Positions 1 through 10,800 are shown, counted from the first letter of the stretch. The stretch: 64,000 nt of DNA from Deltaproteobacteria bacterium (GCA_052390235.1 JBQTHB010000002.1:96001-160000); one strand, 5' to 3'. Numbers and translations: made by a program. The notes: a model not told the origin generated them from the letters alone.

Positions 1-1389
1 TCTACCCCAGACGAAATGATTTTAAATTCGGCGGCTTTTGATGATCTGCTATCACTAAAACTTGAATCCGGCGGTAAAAGTGAAACACAGCGACTGCGGG
101 GCATAAAGCCGTGGGGGCTTTTTGACTTAGAGAGGGATGGATGTGTTGTTAATCCAAAGCGCGAGCACCTGCCGCTTAGTAGATATGTTCTTATCTCACC
201 TGAGAAATTCGATAATATCTCACGCAGAGGATTTGATGAAGAAGGGTACCAGACCAATGAGCCCTATGAGCTTGGGGACGGTACAAATTGTTTCGTGACA
301 CGCTTGTACCCTACCGGCAAACACGCCTCGCTTTCTCTGACACATGGAAGTGAGACTCTGAAATTGGACTTCCGCCCAAGCGCTAAAATTGAAGCGCGGT
401 TCTTCATTGGCGAAGGGGTAAACGCGGCAAAATTCGCTCGCGCCGAAGGCTCAGTTAAAACTGAGAGGTTGCCCCTCTTGTGTGTCGCAGTGCCAAACGG
501 CTACTTTGGAAATACACCAGCTATCGCTATCGTGAGAAAAAAGTTTCAAGTTTTTGTGGATGCAATGCCGGCTTGTGGAAATTGGGAAAAACGTCATAAC
601 TGCGACGATCGAGAGTTCTATATTTGGCGCTGGGCGAAAACCCCGGTTATAGACGATAAGGGTCAGACGAGTCTTGTTCGGGGGCGGGGCATAAAGGGTC
701 TTGGAGATATTCAGTTCCCTGATATTATTGGAAAAAGAACCATCTCAATCAAAGCCCCTGAACGAGGGATTAAGTTTGAGCATAAGGTTGAGATACTAAA
801 ACCACAGCCCGATTTAGACAAGTGCTTCAACAATCTTCCTGGGGCTTTTCTTCTCTGGTTTCTTCTGGAACAGTCAAATGAAGGAATGAAATGGGAAGAC
901 TTGCTGCTTGCAAAAGAAATTATCGCCCCCACTTCTCCTAAGATTTCATCTCCGCTTCTTAGTAAATACGCTAAGTGCGGTCTCATTCAAAAAAAAGGGC
1001 AACTCTGGCAAATTGCCGAGTCGCGAGCGTGTGTGTTAGAACGCATGGAATCTGGGGATTGGAATATGAAGTTTTGCGGTAAGCCCTCGGCGCTTTGGGG
1101 TTTAATTAAGGATCTTCATGAATTCAATCAACGGAGAAAACAAGAAATGCAGCGTCATAGAAAAATATACGTTGATCCAAAGCGAGTTCCAACTTTTAAT
1201 CCGCAAAATCTGGTTGTTGAAGTAGTAAATAACTATCCTGAGCCGCCCTATCTCTGTATAAAGTACAGAGAGAATCAAAAAGATCGCGTTATGGATTACC
1301 TGAAAAAGAACGATATACATATTGTTTCAAATCTGTGGGAGGGGTTAAATGGAATCGCTGACAGCTCGTTTTCACGAAGAGGTTTTTGA
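1..1389 (+). CDS. Hypothetical protein, 5'-truncated by the window; putative partner of the downstream DUF1998 helicase
   Basis: Frame is open from base 1 (TCT ACC CCA GAC GAA ATG), so the gene probably starts upstream. AT-richer composition; overlaps the helicase start by 41 nt; no motif recognised. Confidence 0.7.
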   Translation, partial: STPDEMILNSAAFDDLLSLKLESGGKSETQRLRGIKPWGLFDLERDGCVVNPKREHLPLSRYVLISPEKFDNISRRGFDEEGYQTNEPYELGDGTNCFVTRLYPTGKHASLSLTHGSETLKLDFRPSAKIEARFFIGEGVNAAKFARAEGSVKTERLPLLCVAVPNGYFGNTPAIAIVRKKFQVFVDAMPACGNWEKRHNCDDREFYIWRWAKTPVIDDKGQTSLVRGRGIKGLGDIQFPDIIGKRTISIKAPERGIKFEHKVEILKPQPDLDKCFNNLPGAFLLWFLLEQSNEGMKWEDLLLAKEIIAPTSPKISSPLLSKYAKCGLIQKKGQLWQIAESRACVLERMESGDWNMKFCGKPSALWGLIKDLHEFNQRRKQEMQRHRKIYVDPKRVPTFNPQNLVVEVVNNYPEPPYLCIKYRENQKDRVMDYLKKNDIHIVSNLWEGLNGIADSSFSRRGF

Positions 1390-4300
1390 GCCATATCTCG
1401 AGCTACTCAAGTCTGGATACCGTTTTCACCCGGTATTTAGTCATGCAAAACGGATTTGGAACGAGAAGCTCACAGCGTCTGAGTTGGTAAATGGCCCGTA
1501 CTTGGAAAAAGCACAGATTTATAAAATGGGAGATAGCCTCGATTCCCTTGCGCTTGACGATAAGACAATTGCAACAGTTCGTACAAAATTGAGTGGGCGA
1601 GAACTGTATAAGCACCAGACTGACGCTTTAAACCTGATTCTCAAAGGGAAAAATGCCGTAATAACGACAGGAACGAGTAGCGGCAAAACGCTCTGCTTCC
1701 AAATTCCGATACTCGATGATTTGATTCGAGACTCGTTACCGGGGCTACGCGCGGTCATCATCTATCCACTAAACGCTCTGGTGAATGATCAGCTTGAAGA
1801 TTGGGAGCGGTTGCTGAGCAATCACCCAGATATTACCTTTGCCCGCTTTACCGGACAAACCCCGGATTCACAAAAAGACTATGAAAGTCGCCTTAAAGAT
1901 GCCATACGTCAACAATTGGCTGAACAGTCGCTTACACAAAGTGAATTACAGCGAAAAGTTGACTCCGAATTGAAGTTAAGTTCGGAAAAAGATATTCCGA
2001 ATCGCCTCAATCACCGCGACGCTATTCGTGCCAATCCTCCGCATATATTAATAACGAATTTTTCAATGCTTGAGTACCTGTTGGAGCGTCCTATAGATGC
2101 GCCAATTTTTGAGAATGCCCGTCTCAAGTTCCTAGTGCTGGACGAGGCTCATGCCTACCGCGGAGTGCAGGCTACAGAAATCGCATTCCTCGTTCGACGG
2201 CTTAAAGACAGACTCGGACTAGAAAAATTGAACTGTATAGCGACCTCGGCGACATTGGGAAAAGAGGGAAATGAGGAAAGTCATAAGAAAGTACGCAAAT
2301 TTGCATCCGACCTTTTTGGTGAGGATTTTTCTGAACCAAATCCTATTTATGGAGAACCTGCAGAACCTCAACTGGAGCAACCTTCATCCCGACCGACTCC
2401 TTCTCAATACATAAAGGCGGCCGAATTTTTAAGTAGGGACCCCCAAGCGGATATAAGACAGCATCTGGGTATCAATATTCCTTCTAAGGACATTGCCTCC
2501 CTGTTAAGTCATGATGAAAACCTGTATCGCCTCCGCAAGGAAATTTTAACCAAACCTACTCTGCTAGGCGAGGCTGCCAAACAGCTCTGGAAAGACGATC
2601 CTCAAGCGGAAATTGGGTTGCAAGCCTTGCTTGAAATTGCCGTCGCCGCAATGGCTAATGAATCACATGGAGACCTTTTGCCCACTCGGTTGCATTATTT
2701 CATCAGGACGGAAGATGGACTGCATATTTGCCTGCATAAAAATTGCGCCGGACGCCGTGATGGAAAGCCAGCATTCTTTGTATCACGGAAGAACAATCCT
2801 GATGTTTATGAAGGACAATGCCCAGATTGTGATACAGCGGGTCTTGACTCTAAACTTGTTGAGATTGTTACTTGCCGCAAATGTGGTTACTTATTTGGAG
2901 CATTACAGGACTTAGGACCACGCCGCGCCCAACATCCTGAAAATGATGAGTTAAAGCCTCATTTTGATTCCTTTAGCACGGAACTGGGCTGGGCCGCGGA
3001 TTCTTTTTGGTCTTATTTTAGCGTTGAAGATGAGTTGCCTTATCCGTCTCAACCAAAAGCTGATGAGGATGAGGAAGACCAATACCTATTTCTTAAACCT
3101 GCCGAACTTGAATGGTGCGTAGTCTGTGGAAAAAAGCATGACCAAGGCGCAGGCGATAACTGCGATTGCGAGAAACGGCACACCCGTAAAATCAAAATTT
3201 TCCATCGGCAGTGTCCAGCTAAAAAATATGAAAATCTTTTTAGTCAGGAAAAGCGGTTGCTTACAAGCTGTCCAAACTGCGGCGCACGAAATGCCTCCGG
3301 TCTTGAACCCGTTAGGAGATTTCAAGAGTCCGATGATGAGACCGGCTTGGCTATGGCTATACCTCTTTCTCATTTCCAAGTTACTCCGCATAAAGGAGAT
3401 GGAAAACCACCGCGCAAGTTACTTTGTTTTACCGACCATCGCCAACGCGCAGCGGTATTCCCTTCACACTTAGAGGAAGAAACTTTTGCTCATGATATGG
3501 GACGAGAGATTGTTAATATCATTGAGGCAGAAAGAGAGCCTCTGGATTTAGTTAGTCTCGGCGAGCGGCTGGCTGACATTGCCGACCCACAATCTGACTC
3601 ACATAACCCAGATTTCTTTCTGCCTGTATCTCGTTTCCCCGATGAAGTCCCAGATGCGAAAAGAAAGCCTAATCTCTGGATTGCGGAGACGCTCAGTTAC
3701 TTTGGTATTCCCGATTCAGCGCGTGAATCTGCAGAGGATTTGGGCTTGGTAGCGGTTGAGTATAGTCTCAAAGATACTGAAAAATCTACTTTCCACTCTT
3801 TAATACCCCAACTCACACTTCAAGAATCCAATGCCGCCTTACAAGTTCTACTCGGATTTATGAGGCAGAAAAAGGCATTTACTCTCCCTAAGGGTGTATC
3901 CCACGACGATCCCGCGTTTGGACGAGTGGTTGCTGACATCTCCTATATATTAGGAGATAATGATACTGGCCCCCCAAAAACGCATCGCTGGCTACCTAAA
4001 GAATATAAAAATGGCAATTACAGCCAAAACCCTATTTTTGATTACCTGCAACGCCTGATTTCTCTGTCACCGCCTGAGACACTCAATCTCGCTAATAAAA
4101 TTTGGCGATTTCTAACCTCTCAATTTTTACTAATTGAGAACAGGGGTACTTGGAAACTAGACCACGAGCGGATTATGATTGTGAAGCCAGAATCGAGGTA
4201 TATCTGCAATCGTTGCGGCATAGTTACTGCTTATTCAGCCCGCCAATGCTGCCCTCGTAAAGAGTGCGAAGGAAAATTGGAGGCTTCGCCATTTAATTCA

Positions 4301-6214
4301 GCGCAGGAAAATATAATCGCCCGCTGGGTAGCAGACAAGTGCAACCCAAAGTTCACCACTTTAAAATCCGAAGAACATACCGCTCAAATTAATAGAGACT
4401 TGGCTAAAAGGATAGAGGACGACTTCCGCGCTGAAGGAGTGAATTTGCTTAGTAGCACTACCACTTTTGAAATGGGTATCAACATAGGCGACCTACAAAA
4501 AGTGCTACTCCGTAACGCGCCACCTACAAGCGCCAGTTATGTTCAGAGAGTTGGCCGTGCCGGTCGCGGAAAGGACAAAAATTCCGTCTGTGTCACTCTA
4601 TGCCGCCGAACGAAATACGACGCCGATGCATGGAATGATCCCCCGCGCCTAATGTCAGGCGAAGTTAGGACGCCAACCGTGTTTACGCAAAATAAATTCA
4701 TAGCGCAACGACATTTCAACGCCGTTGTTTGCGCAGAATTTTTAAGAATCAAAGTTCGTGATGAACGAGTCTTGGGCGGGGTAGAACAAAAAATTCGACT
4801 TGAGGCTTTTTTGCCCCTGGATTCAAGAAAAAATATTCCAGATAGCTGGTTTCACATGACACCAACCAATCTATTCTTAGACTTTGTGGAATGGCTTGAA
4901 GAGCAGAATGAGCCGGATATTTTTCAAACTGAAGCAGGACGTTCACTGCTTTTGCCAGTTTCTAGTTTCGACTTTGGCAAGAAGAGCACGAAAGAAACTT
5001 ATCAGAAGGTTATAGAGGAGATTGATGAAGAACTTTCTGCATTAGTGAACGAGATGGATAAATTGGCCAAGCTACGCCTTTATTCCCAAGCTTCTGACAT
5101 TGAAGTAGCAGTTAAGAATCTACTGAGTAGTGACGTCATAGCTGTTCTAGCCAAACGCGGTTTTCTGCCACGTTACGCATTTCCATTAGACATTGTAAAA
5201 TTGGAAACAGAGCCGAACCGCTGGTCGCGAGAATCAGAAGTTGATTTGAGCCGCGACAGAGGAATTGCGATAGCCGAATTCGCGCCGGGGGCTCAAGTAA
5301 TTGCCAGAAAAAAGGTGTTCACAAGCGCGGGACTCTACGTATCAAGCAAAGCCGATAAACCAGAGCGGCAATGGTATTCAAGGTGTAATGGCTGTGAGCA
5401 AATCCGCACTTCACCTACACAAGACCCACTGAAGAGAGATTGTTCCGGGTGCCAGAAACCAATTACAGATCAATGGATTCATCCTTTTGTTGAACCTTCC
5501 GCTTTTAGTGTCCGTATCGATAAAGGAAAAAAAGGTTCGGCAAGACACAGAAGAAGCACGCTTATTAGACAACGGCAATCAATAGCCCATTTTATTGACT
5601 CAATTGAGGAAGACAAATTCAAAGACTACGGGCTATTTCATGTAGCGTTGAAAGAAGAAGGAACGCTCTTTCGGTATAACCTGGGTCCGGGAAATGATGG
5701 ATTTATACTCTGTTCGGTATGTGGGGCGAGTGAACCGAAACGGCTTTATAAGTCTAGTAAAAAACATAAAAGGCTTAGACTTTATATGGGATCGATGGAC
5801 TGTACAAACGAACAACCTTGGACAAAGCCGTTAGCCTATGGCCACCGGTTTCAGAGTTTTACTCTTATTGCGCGTCCAGTTAATTCTTCTCCATCTGTTG
5901 AATCTCTGGCTTTCGCGCTGCAAAGGGGTTTATGTCTCGCTCTTGATATAGACCAATCCGATATTGGCGTCTCTTGGCGATGGCGGGGCAGCAAAACCAA
6001 TAAGCCGGACGCTGAAATAATCCTATATGACCGCGCTCCGGGTGGGTCCGGCTTTGTTAAAGAAGGCTCTGAAAATTGGGAGAAGGTCGTAGAAGAGGCT
6101 AAGAGGGTTTGCGAGGACTGCAACTGCCAAGATTCCTGCTACAATTGCTTAAAAAGCTATGAGAATCAGTCTTATCATGAAAATCTTAGCCGTCATAAGG
6201 TTTTTTTAATTTAA
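1349..6214 (+). CDS. Large SF2 DEAH-box helicase with Zn-finger inserts and C-terminal DUF1998 (DruE/YprA-like)
   Basis: Motifs TGTSSGKT, YPLNALVNDQ, LVLDEAH, TSATLG, TTTFEMGINIGDL, QRVGRAGR; many CxxC pairs; C-terminal LYDRAPGGSGF...CNCQDSCYNCL; SD GGAGG upstream of ATG 1349. Confidence 0.9.
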   Translation: MESLTARFHEEVFEPYLELLKSGYRFHPVFSHAKRIWNEKLTASELVNGPYLEKAQIYKMGDSLDSLALDDKTIATVRTKLSGRELYKHQTDALNLILKGKNAVITTGTSSGKTLCFQIPILDDLIRDSLPGLRAVIIYPLNALVNDQLEDWERLLSNHPDITFARFTGQTPDSQKDYESRLKDAIRQQLAEQSLTQSELQRKVDSELKLSSEKDIPNRLNHRDAIRANPPHILITNFSMLEYLLERPIDAPIFENARLKFLVLDEAHAYRGVQATEIAFLVRRLKDRLGLEKLNCIATSATLGKEGNEESHKKVRKFASDLFGEDFSEPNPIYGEPAEPQLEQPSSRPTPSQYIKAAEFLSRDPQADIRQHLGINIPSKDIASLLSHDENLYRLRKEILTKPTLLGEAAKQLWKDDPQAEIGLQALLEIAVAAMANESHGDLLPTRLHYFIRTEDGLHICLHKNCAGRRDGKPAFFVSRKNNPDVYEGQCPDCDTAGLDSKLVEIVTCRKCGYLFGALQDLGPRRAQHPENDELKPHFDSFSTELGWAADSFWSYFSVEDELPYPSQPKADEDEEDQYLFLKPAELEWCVVCGKKHDQGAGDNCDCEKRHTRKIKIFHRQCPAKKYENLFSQEKRLLTSCPNCGARNASGLEPVRRFQESDDETGLAMAIPLSHFQVTPHKGDGKPPRKLLCFTDHRQRAAVFPSHLEEETFAHDMGREIVNIIEAEREPLDLVSLGERLADIADPQSDSHNPDFFLPVSRFPDEVPDAKRKPNLWIAETLSYFGIPDSARESAEDLGLVAVEYSLKDTEKSTFHSLIPQLTLQESNAALQVLLGFMRQKKAFTLPKGVSHDDPAFGRVVADISYILGDNDTGPPKTHRWLPKEYKNGNYSQNPIFDYLQRLISLSPPETLNLANKIWRFLTSQFLLIENRGTWKLDHERIMIVKPESRYICNRCGIVTAYSARQCCPRKECEGKLEASPFNSAQENIIARWVADKCNPKFTTLKSEEHTAQINRDLAKRIEDDFRAEGVNLLSSTTTFEMGINIGDLQKVLLRNAPPTSASYVQRVGRAGRGKDKNSVCVTLCRRTKYDADAWNDPPRLMSGEVRTPTVFTQNKFIAQRHFNAVVCAEFLRIKVRDERVLGGVEQKIRLEAFLPLDSRKNIPDSWFHMTPTNLFLDFVEWLEEQNEPDIFQTEAGRSLLLPVSSFDFGKKSTKETYQKVIEEIDEELSALVNEMDKLAKLRLYSQASDIEVAVKNLLSSDVIAVLAKRGFLPRYAFPLDIVKLETEPNRWSRESEVDLSRDRGIAIAEFAPGAQVIARKKVFTSAGLYVSSKADKPERQWYSRCNGCEQIRTSPTQDPLKRDCSGCQKPITDQWIHPFVEPSAFSVRIDKGKKGSARHRRSTLIRQRQSIAHFIDSIEEDKFKDYGLFHVALKEEGTLFRYNLGPGNDGFILCSVCGASEPKRLYKSSKKHKRLRLYMGSMDCTNEQPWTKPLAYGHRFQSFTLIARPVNSSPSVESLAFALQRGLCLALDIDQSDIGVSWRWRGSKTNKPDAEIILYDRAPGGSGFVKEGSENWEKVVEEAKRVCEDCNCQDSCYNCLKSYENQSYHENLSRHKVFLI

Positions 6215-6241
6215 AAAATTTTTTATCTGAAACTGGGAATT

Positions 6242-6318
6242 TGGTGGAGATGATGGGAATCGAACCCACGACCTCCGCGTTGCGAACGCGGCGCTCTCCC
6301 GGACTGAGCTACATCCCC
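6242..6318 (-). tRNA. tRNA-Ala(CGC)
   Basis: Reverse complement GGGGATGTAGCTCAG...CCGCG-TT-CGC-AA-CGCGG...GGTTCGATTCCC...CTCCACCA; cloverleaf, G3:U70, encoded CCA. Confidence 0.97.
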
Positions 6319-6395
6319 TTGGTAATCTGGCGACTTCAGGTCGTCAGCCACAAATTTTATAACATAAACTGAAGCGGGCTTCAAGTTTCATCCGG

Positions 6396-7871
6396 CTAAT
6401 TTGGTTTTGAAGCCTTCACCGCCCTATTTGCCGCCCAGCGCTCAAGCCGCCCAATCTCCTCTCTCATCGTGGTCGAAAGCGGCACGGTTGACGACGCGGC
6501 AATGATGAGTTCCCTGTCGTCGAGGTCCTTGCCCTTGGCAAAGCACTCAAAAAGAGCCGAGACCACTGCCTGCTCAATTTCCGCCCCGCTCATCCCCTCG
6601 GTGTTTTTGGCAAGCGAGTCCAGGTCAAATAGGTCGGGATTTTTCCCCCGGCTCGCAAGGTGGATACGCAATACCTCTTTTCTCTCCCTGCGCGATGGGA
6701 GGGAGACGAAAAAAATCTCGTCGAATCTGCCTTTTCTCAGCACTTCGGGCGGCAATAGGTCAATCTGATTAGCCGTAGCCGTGATGAAGACGAGTTTATC
6801 CTTCTCCTGCATCCACGTGAGGAAATATCCGAACACCCGCGAGGCTGGCGTGTCGGCGGTTTTCTCTCCGCTCCTCGCGATTCCGGCTTCAATTTCGTCA
6901 ATCCAAAGAACGCACGGCGAGACGGCTTCAACCGTCTTTATCGCTTTAGAGAACGCCTCCTCCGGGCTTCCAGATGTGCCGCTATAGACCTGATTCAAAT
7001 CGAGCCTAAGGAGCGGAAGCCCCCACGCAGTCGCCACGGCTTTGGCGCATAGGCTCTTGCCGCACCCGCTTATTCCCATCAGCAGAATCCCCTTGGGGCG
7101 GTCAAGCCCGAATTCCCTAGCCCTGGGGGAGAACGCAAGCGCCCGAACCGCGAGCCACTCTTTAATGTTCTCAAGCCCTCCGATGCCCTCCAGATGCACG
7201 CGCTCCCTCACGAATTCGAGCATACCGGATTTTCTGATAATCTGCGCCTTCTCCTCCAGGAGCGCGTCAATTACCCCGCTGTCAATTGCCGTTCTGCCGA
7301 GGAACGCCCTCCTTACGGCAAGCTCCATCTCTGACGCCCCAAGCCCGATAAGCGCGCGGATGGATTTATCCCTCATCTCAGGTGTTATCCCCGCCCGCAG
7401 GGACTCGCTGAGGAATCTGGCCGCTCCATCGAAAATCTCCGCCGTCTCGGCTTCGTCGGGCAGACCTATGTCAACGACGACGACCTCTTTTTCGAGTTCA
7501 TCCGGGACGGAGAGACGCGCAGAGAGGATAAAAATAGTTTTATTTGCGGCGGATTTTGCGCTGTAGATGTCCTTGAGCTTTCTTATCACTCTGGGGTCGC
7601 CTAGGAAGTGGCTCAGGTCTTGGAAGATGTAAAACCCCCGTTTATCAGAGCTGAGAATTACATCGAGGGCGAGGGCCGCCTCGCGGGAGTCTCTAACCTC
7701 GCCGCCCCTACCCGTAAGCCCCCGCGTGCAAGACCATCGGTAAAATTCCCCTTCTGCGCCGAAAATACCCTCGAGCAATCCCGCCACCCGCTCCTCTTCC
7801 TTTGATACGAGCCAGAGTATCGGGTATCCCGCCTTGAGGAGATTGTCTATTGTATCGCTTGGAAATGGCAT
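6396..7871 (-). CDS. AAA+ ATPase, Ycf46-like
   Basis: Walker A GISGCGKS, Walker B LWIDEIE, SRH PPEVLRKGRFDEIFFV; N-terminal YPILWLVSKEEER typical of this family. Confidence 0.85.
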   Translation of the reverse strand: MPFPSDTIDNLLKAGYPILWLVSKEEERVAGLLEGIFGAEGEFYRWSCTRGLTGRGGEVRDSREAALALDVILSSDKRGFYIFQDLSHFLGDPRVIRKLKDIYSAKSAANKTIFILSARLSVPDELEKEVVVVDIGLPDEAETAEIFDGAARFLSESLRAGITPEMRDKSIRALIGLGASEMELAVRRAFLGRTAIDSGVIDALLEEKAQIIRKSGMLEFVRERVHLEGIGGLENIKEWLAVRALAFSPRAREFGLDRPKGILLMGISGCGKSLCAKAVATAWGLPLLRLDLNQVYSGTSGSPEEAFSKAIKTVEAVSPCVLWIDEIEAGIARSGEKTADTPASRVFGYFLTWMQEKDKLVFITATANQIDLLPPEVLRKGRFDEIFFVSLPSRRERKEVLRIHLASRGKNPDLFDLDSLAKNTEGMSGAEIEQAVVSALFECFAKGKDLDDRELIIAASSTVPLSTTMREEIGRLERWAANRAVKASKPN

Positions 7872-7944
7872 CTGGCTAAGCTCTCGTGGAGCGGGGCAGA
7901 GAATCCGAGGAGATTATCCCACTCTAATTGGGCGGCGCTTCGGG

Positions 7945-9489
7945 CTATATGCCTGTCGAGGAAGCCTGCCTCGGATGCTCTTTTCTCCATCTGAGCTTAT
8001 TTATCGCGTTGATAAACGCCTTGGCGCTTGCGACGACGACATCCGTATTTGCTCCCTGTCCCTGGGCGACTGCCCCGTCCTGCTCGACTCTGACCGTAAC
8101 CTCGCCCTGAGCGTCTGTGCCGCCCGTAATTGCGGCGACGACGTAGCTCTGGAGGTTTGGACTCACGCCCGTCGCCTTGGATATTGCCTTGTAGGCGGCG
8201 TCAACGGGCCCATCTCCGTATTCGGACACGGTTGTCTCCTCCCCGTCAATCGAGAGTTTTACCGTTGCCACGGGGCGCATCTCTGTGCCGCTTGCGAAAT
8301 TAAGCGAAATCAGCTTGAAAAAATCCGCCGAGCGGACGAATTCATCGCTGATGAGGGCTTCGATGTCCTCATCAAAGACGTATTTTTTCTTATCGGCTAG
8401 GTCTTTAAACCTCTGAAAAGCAAGCTCAAAGTTCTTATCCCCTAGAAAATAGCCGAACTCCTCTAATCTCTTCCTGAAGGCGTGTCTGCCGGAGTGTTTG
8501 CCCAAGATAATTTTATTGGACGGGATGCCGACCTCTTCCGGGGTCATGATTTCGTAGGTGATTCGCTCCTTGAGGACTCCATCTTGATGGATGCCCGCTT
8601 CATGGGCGAAGGCGTTTGCCCCGACCACGGCTTTATTGGGTTGAACGCCGACTCCGGTAACATGGGATACGAGCCTGCTTGTGGGGTAAATCTGCTCAGT
8701 GGTGATTTTGGTGCGGAAGGGGTTGAGGTCGTTTCGCACTTTCAGCGCCATGACGATTTCCTCAAGGGATGCGTTCCCTGCGCGCTCGCCGAGCCCGTTT
8801 ATGGTGCATTCGACCTGCCTTGCGCCCTCTCTTATTGCGGCTATGGAGTTGGCAACCGCAAGCCCAAGGTCGTTGTGGCAGTGTACGCTGAGCGTGATTT
8901 TATCTAGCCCTACGACCCTTTCGCGCAGCGTCCTGATGATGCGGGAGAACTCCTCCGGCACGGTGTAGCCCACTGTGTCCGGGATGTTTATCGTCGTAGC
9001 CCCGGCTCTTACCGCCACATCCACGGCGCGGCACAGGTAGTCAAGCTCGGTTCGCGTGGCGTCCTCGCAGGAGAACTCGACATTTTCCGTGTATTGGCGG
9101 GCGTGCTTTACGGCGGCGCTTATGATTTCAATGACCTCGTCTCTGGTTTTTTTGAGCTTGTGCTTCAGATGAATTTCAGATGTGGCTATGAAGGTATGAA
9201 TTCTGGGGCTTTCCGCTCCTTTTACCGCCTCCCAGCCGCGGTCAATGTCCATCAAATTAGCCCTGCAAAGCCCGGCTATCTGGCATCCTCGTATCTTCTC
9301 AGAGATGATTTTAACCGACTGAAAATCCCCCTCGGATGAAATAGGGAATCCGGCTTCGATGATGTCCACTCCCAATTTCTCAAGCTGATAGGCGACTCTG
9401 AGCTTCTCCTCGGCGGTCATCCCGCATCCGGGAGCCTGCTCGCCGTCTCTGAGAGTGGTATCGAATATTTTAACCATGTTACTGCTCAT
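7945..9489 (-). CDS. leuA: 2-isopropylmalate synthase
   Basis: [34 protein letters not shown], regulatory-domain GPVDA; start chosen at ATG 9489 after SD GGAGG. Confidence 0.95.
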   Translation of the reverse strand: MSSNMVKIFDTTLRDGEQAPGCGMTAEEKLRVAYQLEKLGVDIIEAGFPISSEGDFQSVKIISEKIRGCQIAGLCRANLMDIDRGWEAVKGAESPRIHTFIATSEIHLKHKLKKTRDEVIEIISAAVKHARQYTENVEFSCEDATRTELDYLCRAVDVAVRAGATTINIPDTVGYTVPEEFSRIIRTLRERVVGLDKITLSVHCHNDLGLAVANSIAAIREGARQVECTINGLGERAGNASLEEIVMALKVRNDLNPFRTKITTEQIYPTSRLVSHVTGVGVQPNKAVVGANAFAHEAGIHQDGVLKERITYEIMTPEEVGIPSNKIILGKHSGRHAFRKRLEEFGYFLGDKNFELAFQRFKDLADKKKYVFDEDIEALISDEFVRSADFFKLISLNFASGTEMRPVATVKLSIDGEETTVSEYGDGPVDAAYKAISKATGVSPNLQSYVVAAITGGTDAQGEVTVRVEQDGAVAQGQGANTDVVVASAKAFINAINKLRWRKEHPRQASSTGI

Positions 9490-9524
9490 AAAATCCCTCC
9501 GCAAATATGAAAACGCCCAGTTTT

Positions 9525-9553
9525 ATTCTAAGCCTTGGGGGGTTGTTTGTCAA
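9525..9553 (-). promoter_or_regulatory. sigma70-type promoter of leuA
   Basis: TTGACA-N17-TAGAAT on the minus strand. Confidence 0.7.
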
Positions 9554-9673
9554 TTGATTGCAGGGGCTGGCAACCTCTTTATTAATTCATCGAGCTGAGT
9601 ATAATCAATGGCTCGATTGATGGAGGTTTTCAGGGAAACCCCAAGTGAAAGCGCCCAAAGGAGCAATTCCAAT

Positions 9674-10678
9674 ATGACCGAAGCTAAACCAATTCTCGTA
9701 ACCGGAGACCGCCCCACCGGCAGGCTTCACCTAGGGCATTTGGTTGGCTCGCTTCGCAACCGCGTGAAATTCCAAAGCGACTTTAACTGCTTTTTCTTAG
9801 TCGCCGACCTGCACATGCTCACCACGCACTACGACAGGGTTCGGGAGGTCGAGCGCAACGTGCTTGAGATGGTCATGGATTGGCTAAGCGTGGGGATGGA
9901 CCCGGAGCAGTCCACATTCTACGTTCAGTCCCAAGCGCCGGCTATCACGGAGCTATACGCAATTCTCGCTATGCTCTGCCCGGTTCCCCGCGCCGAGCGG
10001 ATTCCCACGCTCAAGGAGAAGATTCACGACACCGGCGTCGGCGAGAATTACTCGGTCGGGCTTCTCGGCTATCCCGTTCTCATGGCGGCTGATATTCTAA
10101 TATTCAAAGCGCGCAAAGTCCCCGTCGGCGAGGACCAACTGAGCCATCTCGAAATCACTCGGGAGCTTGCGCGGCGGTTTAATTTCATCTACGGCGAATA
10201 TTTCCCTGAACCCGAGGCCGTCATCAGCGAGACTTCGAGGCTCGTAGGCACGGACGGAAACCGCAAGATGAGCAAGAGCCTGAACAATTGCATATACCTA
10301 TCGGATGACGCCAAGGCCGTCGAGCAGGGCGTGCGCTCGATGTTCACAGACCCGAACCGTCTCAGAGCCGACATCCCAGGACGCGTCGAGGGGAACCCGG
10401 TGTTTATCTATCATGACGCCTTCAACGACGATAAAGCCGAGGTTGAAGAGCTGAAAACCCGATACCGCGAGGGCAGGGTGGGGGACGTAGAGGTAAAACG
10501 AAAACTCGCCCGCGCAATAAACTCTCTTCTCGACCCCATTCGCGAGCGCCGGAGCGTTTATGAGAACAGACCCGATGACGTGAGGGATATTCTCCGCGAG
10601 GGAACTAGGAGAGCCGCCCTCCTAACCAAAGAGAATATTGACGAGATAATAGCCAAAATGGGGCTTTTTAAACCCTAG
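9674..10678 (+). CDS. trpS: Tryptophan--tRNA ligase
   Basis: [33 protein letters not shown] before ATG 9674. Confidence 0.95.
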   Translation: MTEAKPILVTGDRPTGRLHLGHLVGSLRNRVKFQSDFNCFFLVADLHMLTTHYDRVREVERNVLEMVMDWLSVGMDPEQSTFYVQSQAPAITELYAILAMLCPVPRAERIPTLKEKIHDTGVGENYSVGLLGYPVLMAADILIFKARKVPVGEDQLSHLEITRELARRFNFIYGEYFPEPEAVISETSRLVGTDGNRKMSKSLNNCIYLSDDAKAVEQGVRSMFTDPNRLRADIPGRVEGNPVFIYHDAFNDDKAEVEELKTRYREGRVGDVEVKRKLARAINSLLDPIRERRSVYENRPDDVRDILREGTRRAALLTKENIDEIIAKMGLFKP

Positions 10679-10694
10679 CGGTATTATGCGCGCT

Positions 10695-10743
10695 TAGCTC
10701 TTAACTCCTAACTCGCCACTAGAAACTAGAAACTAAAAACTTT
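10695..10743 (+). repeat. Degenerate heptamer tandem tract
   Basis: TAGCTCT TAACTCC TAACTCG CCACTAG AAACTAG AAACTAA AAACTTT in exact 7-nt register. Confidence 0.55.
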
Positions 10744-10800
10744 TCGCCCTCTTCTCGGCGCGCCCGCGCGAATCCCCTGAATACGCCTTATAATTAAGCG

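Larger units (their letters stand above)
1..6241. mobile_element. Right-hand end of a probable genomic island at the 3' end of tRNA-Ala(CGC)
   Basis: Visible shift to AT-richer sequence that ends at the tRNA CCA end; defence-like cargo. No integrase or att duplicate inside the window. Confidence 0.55.
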
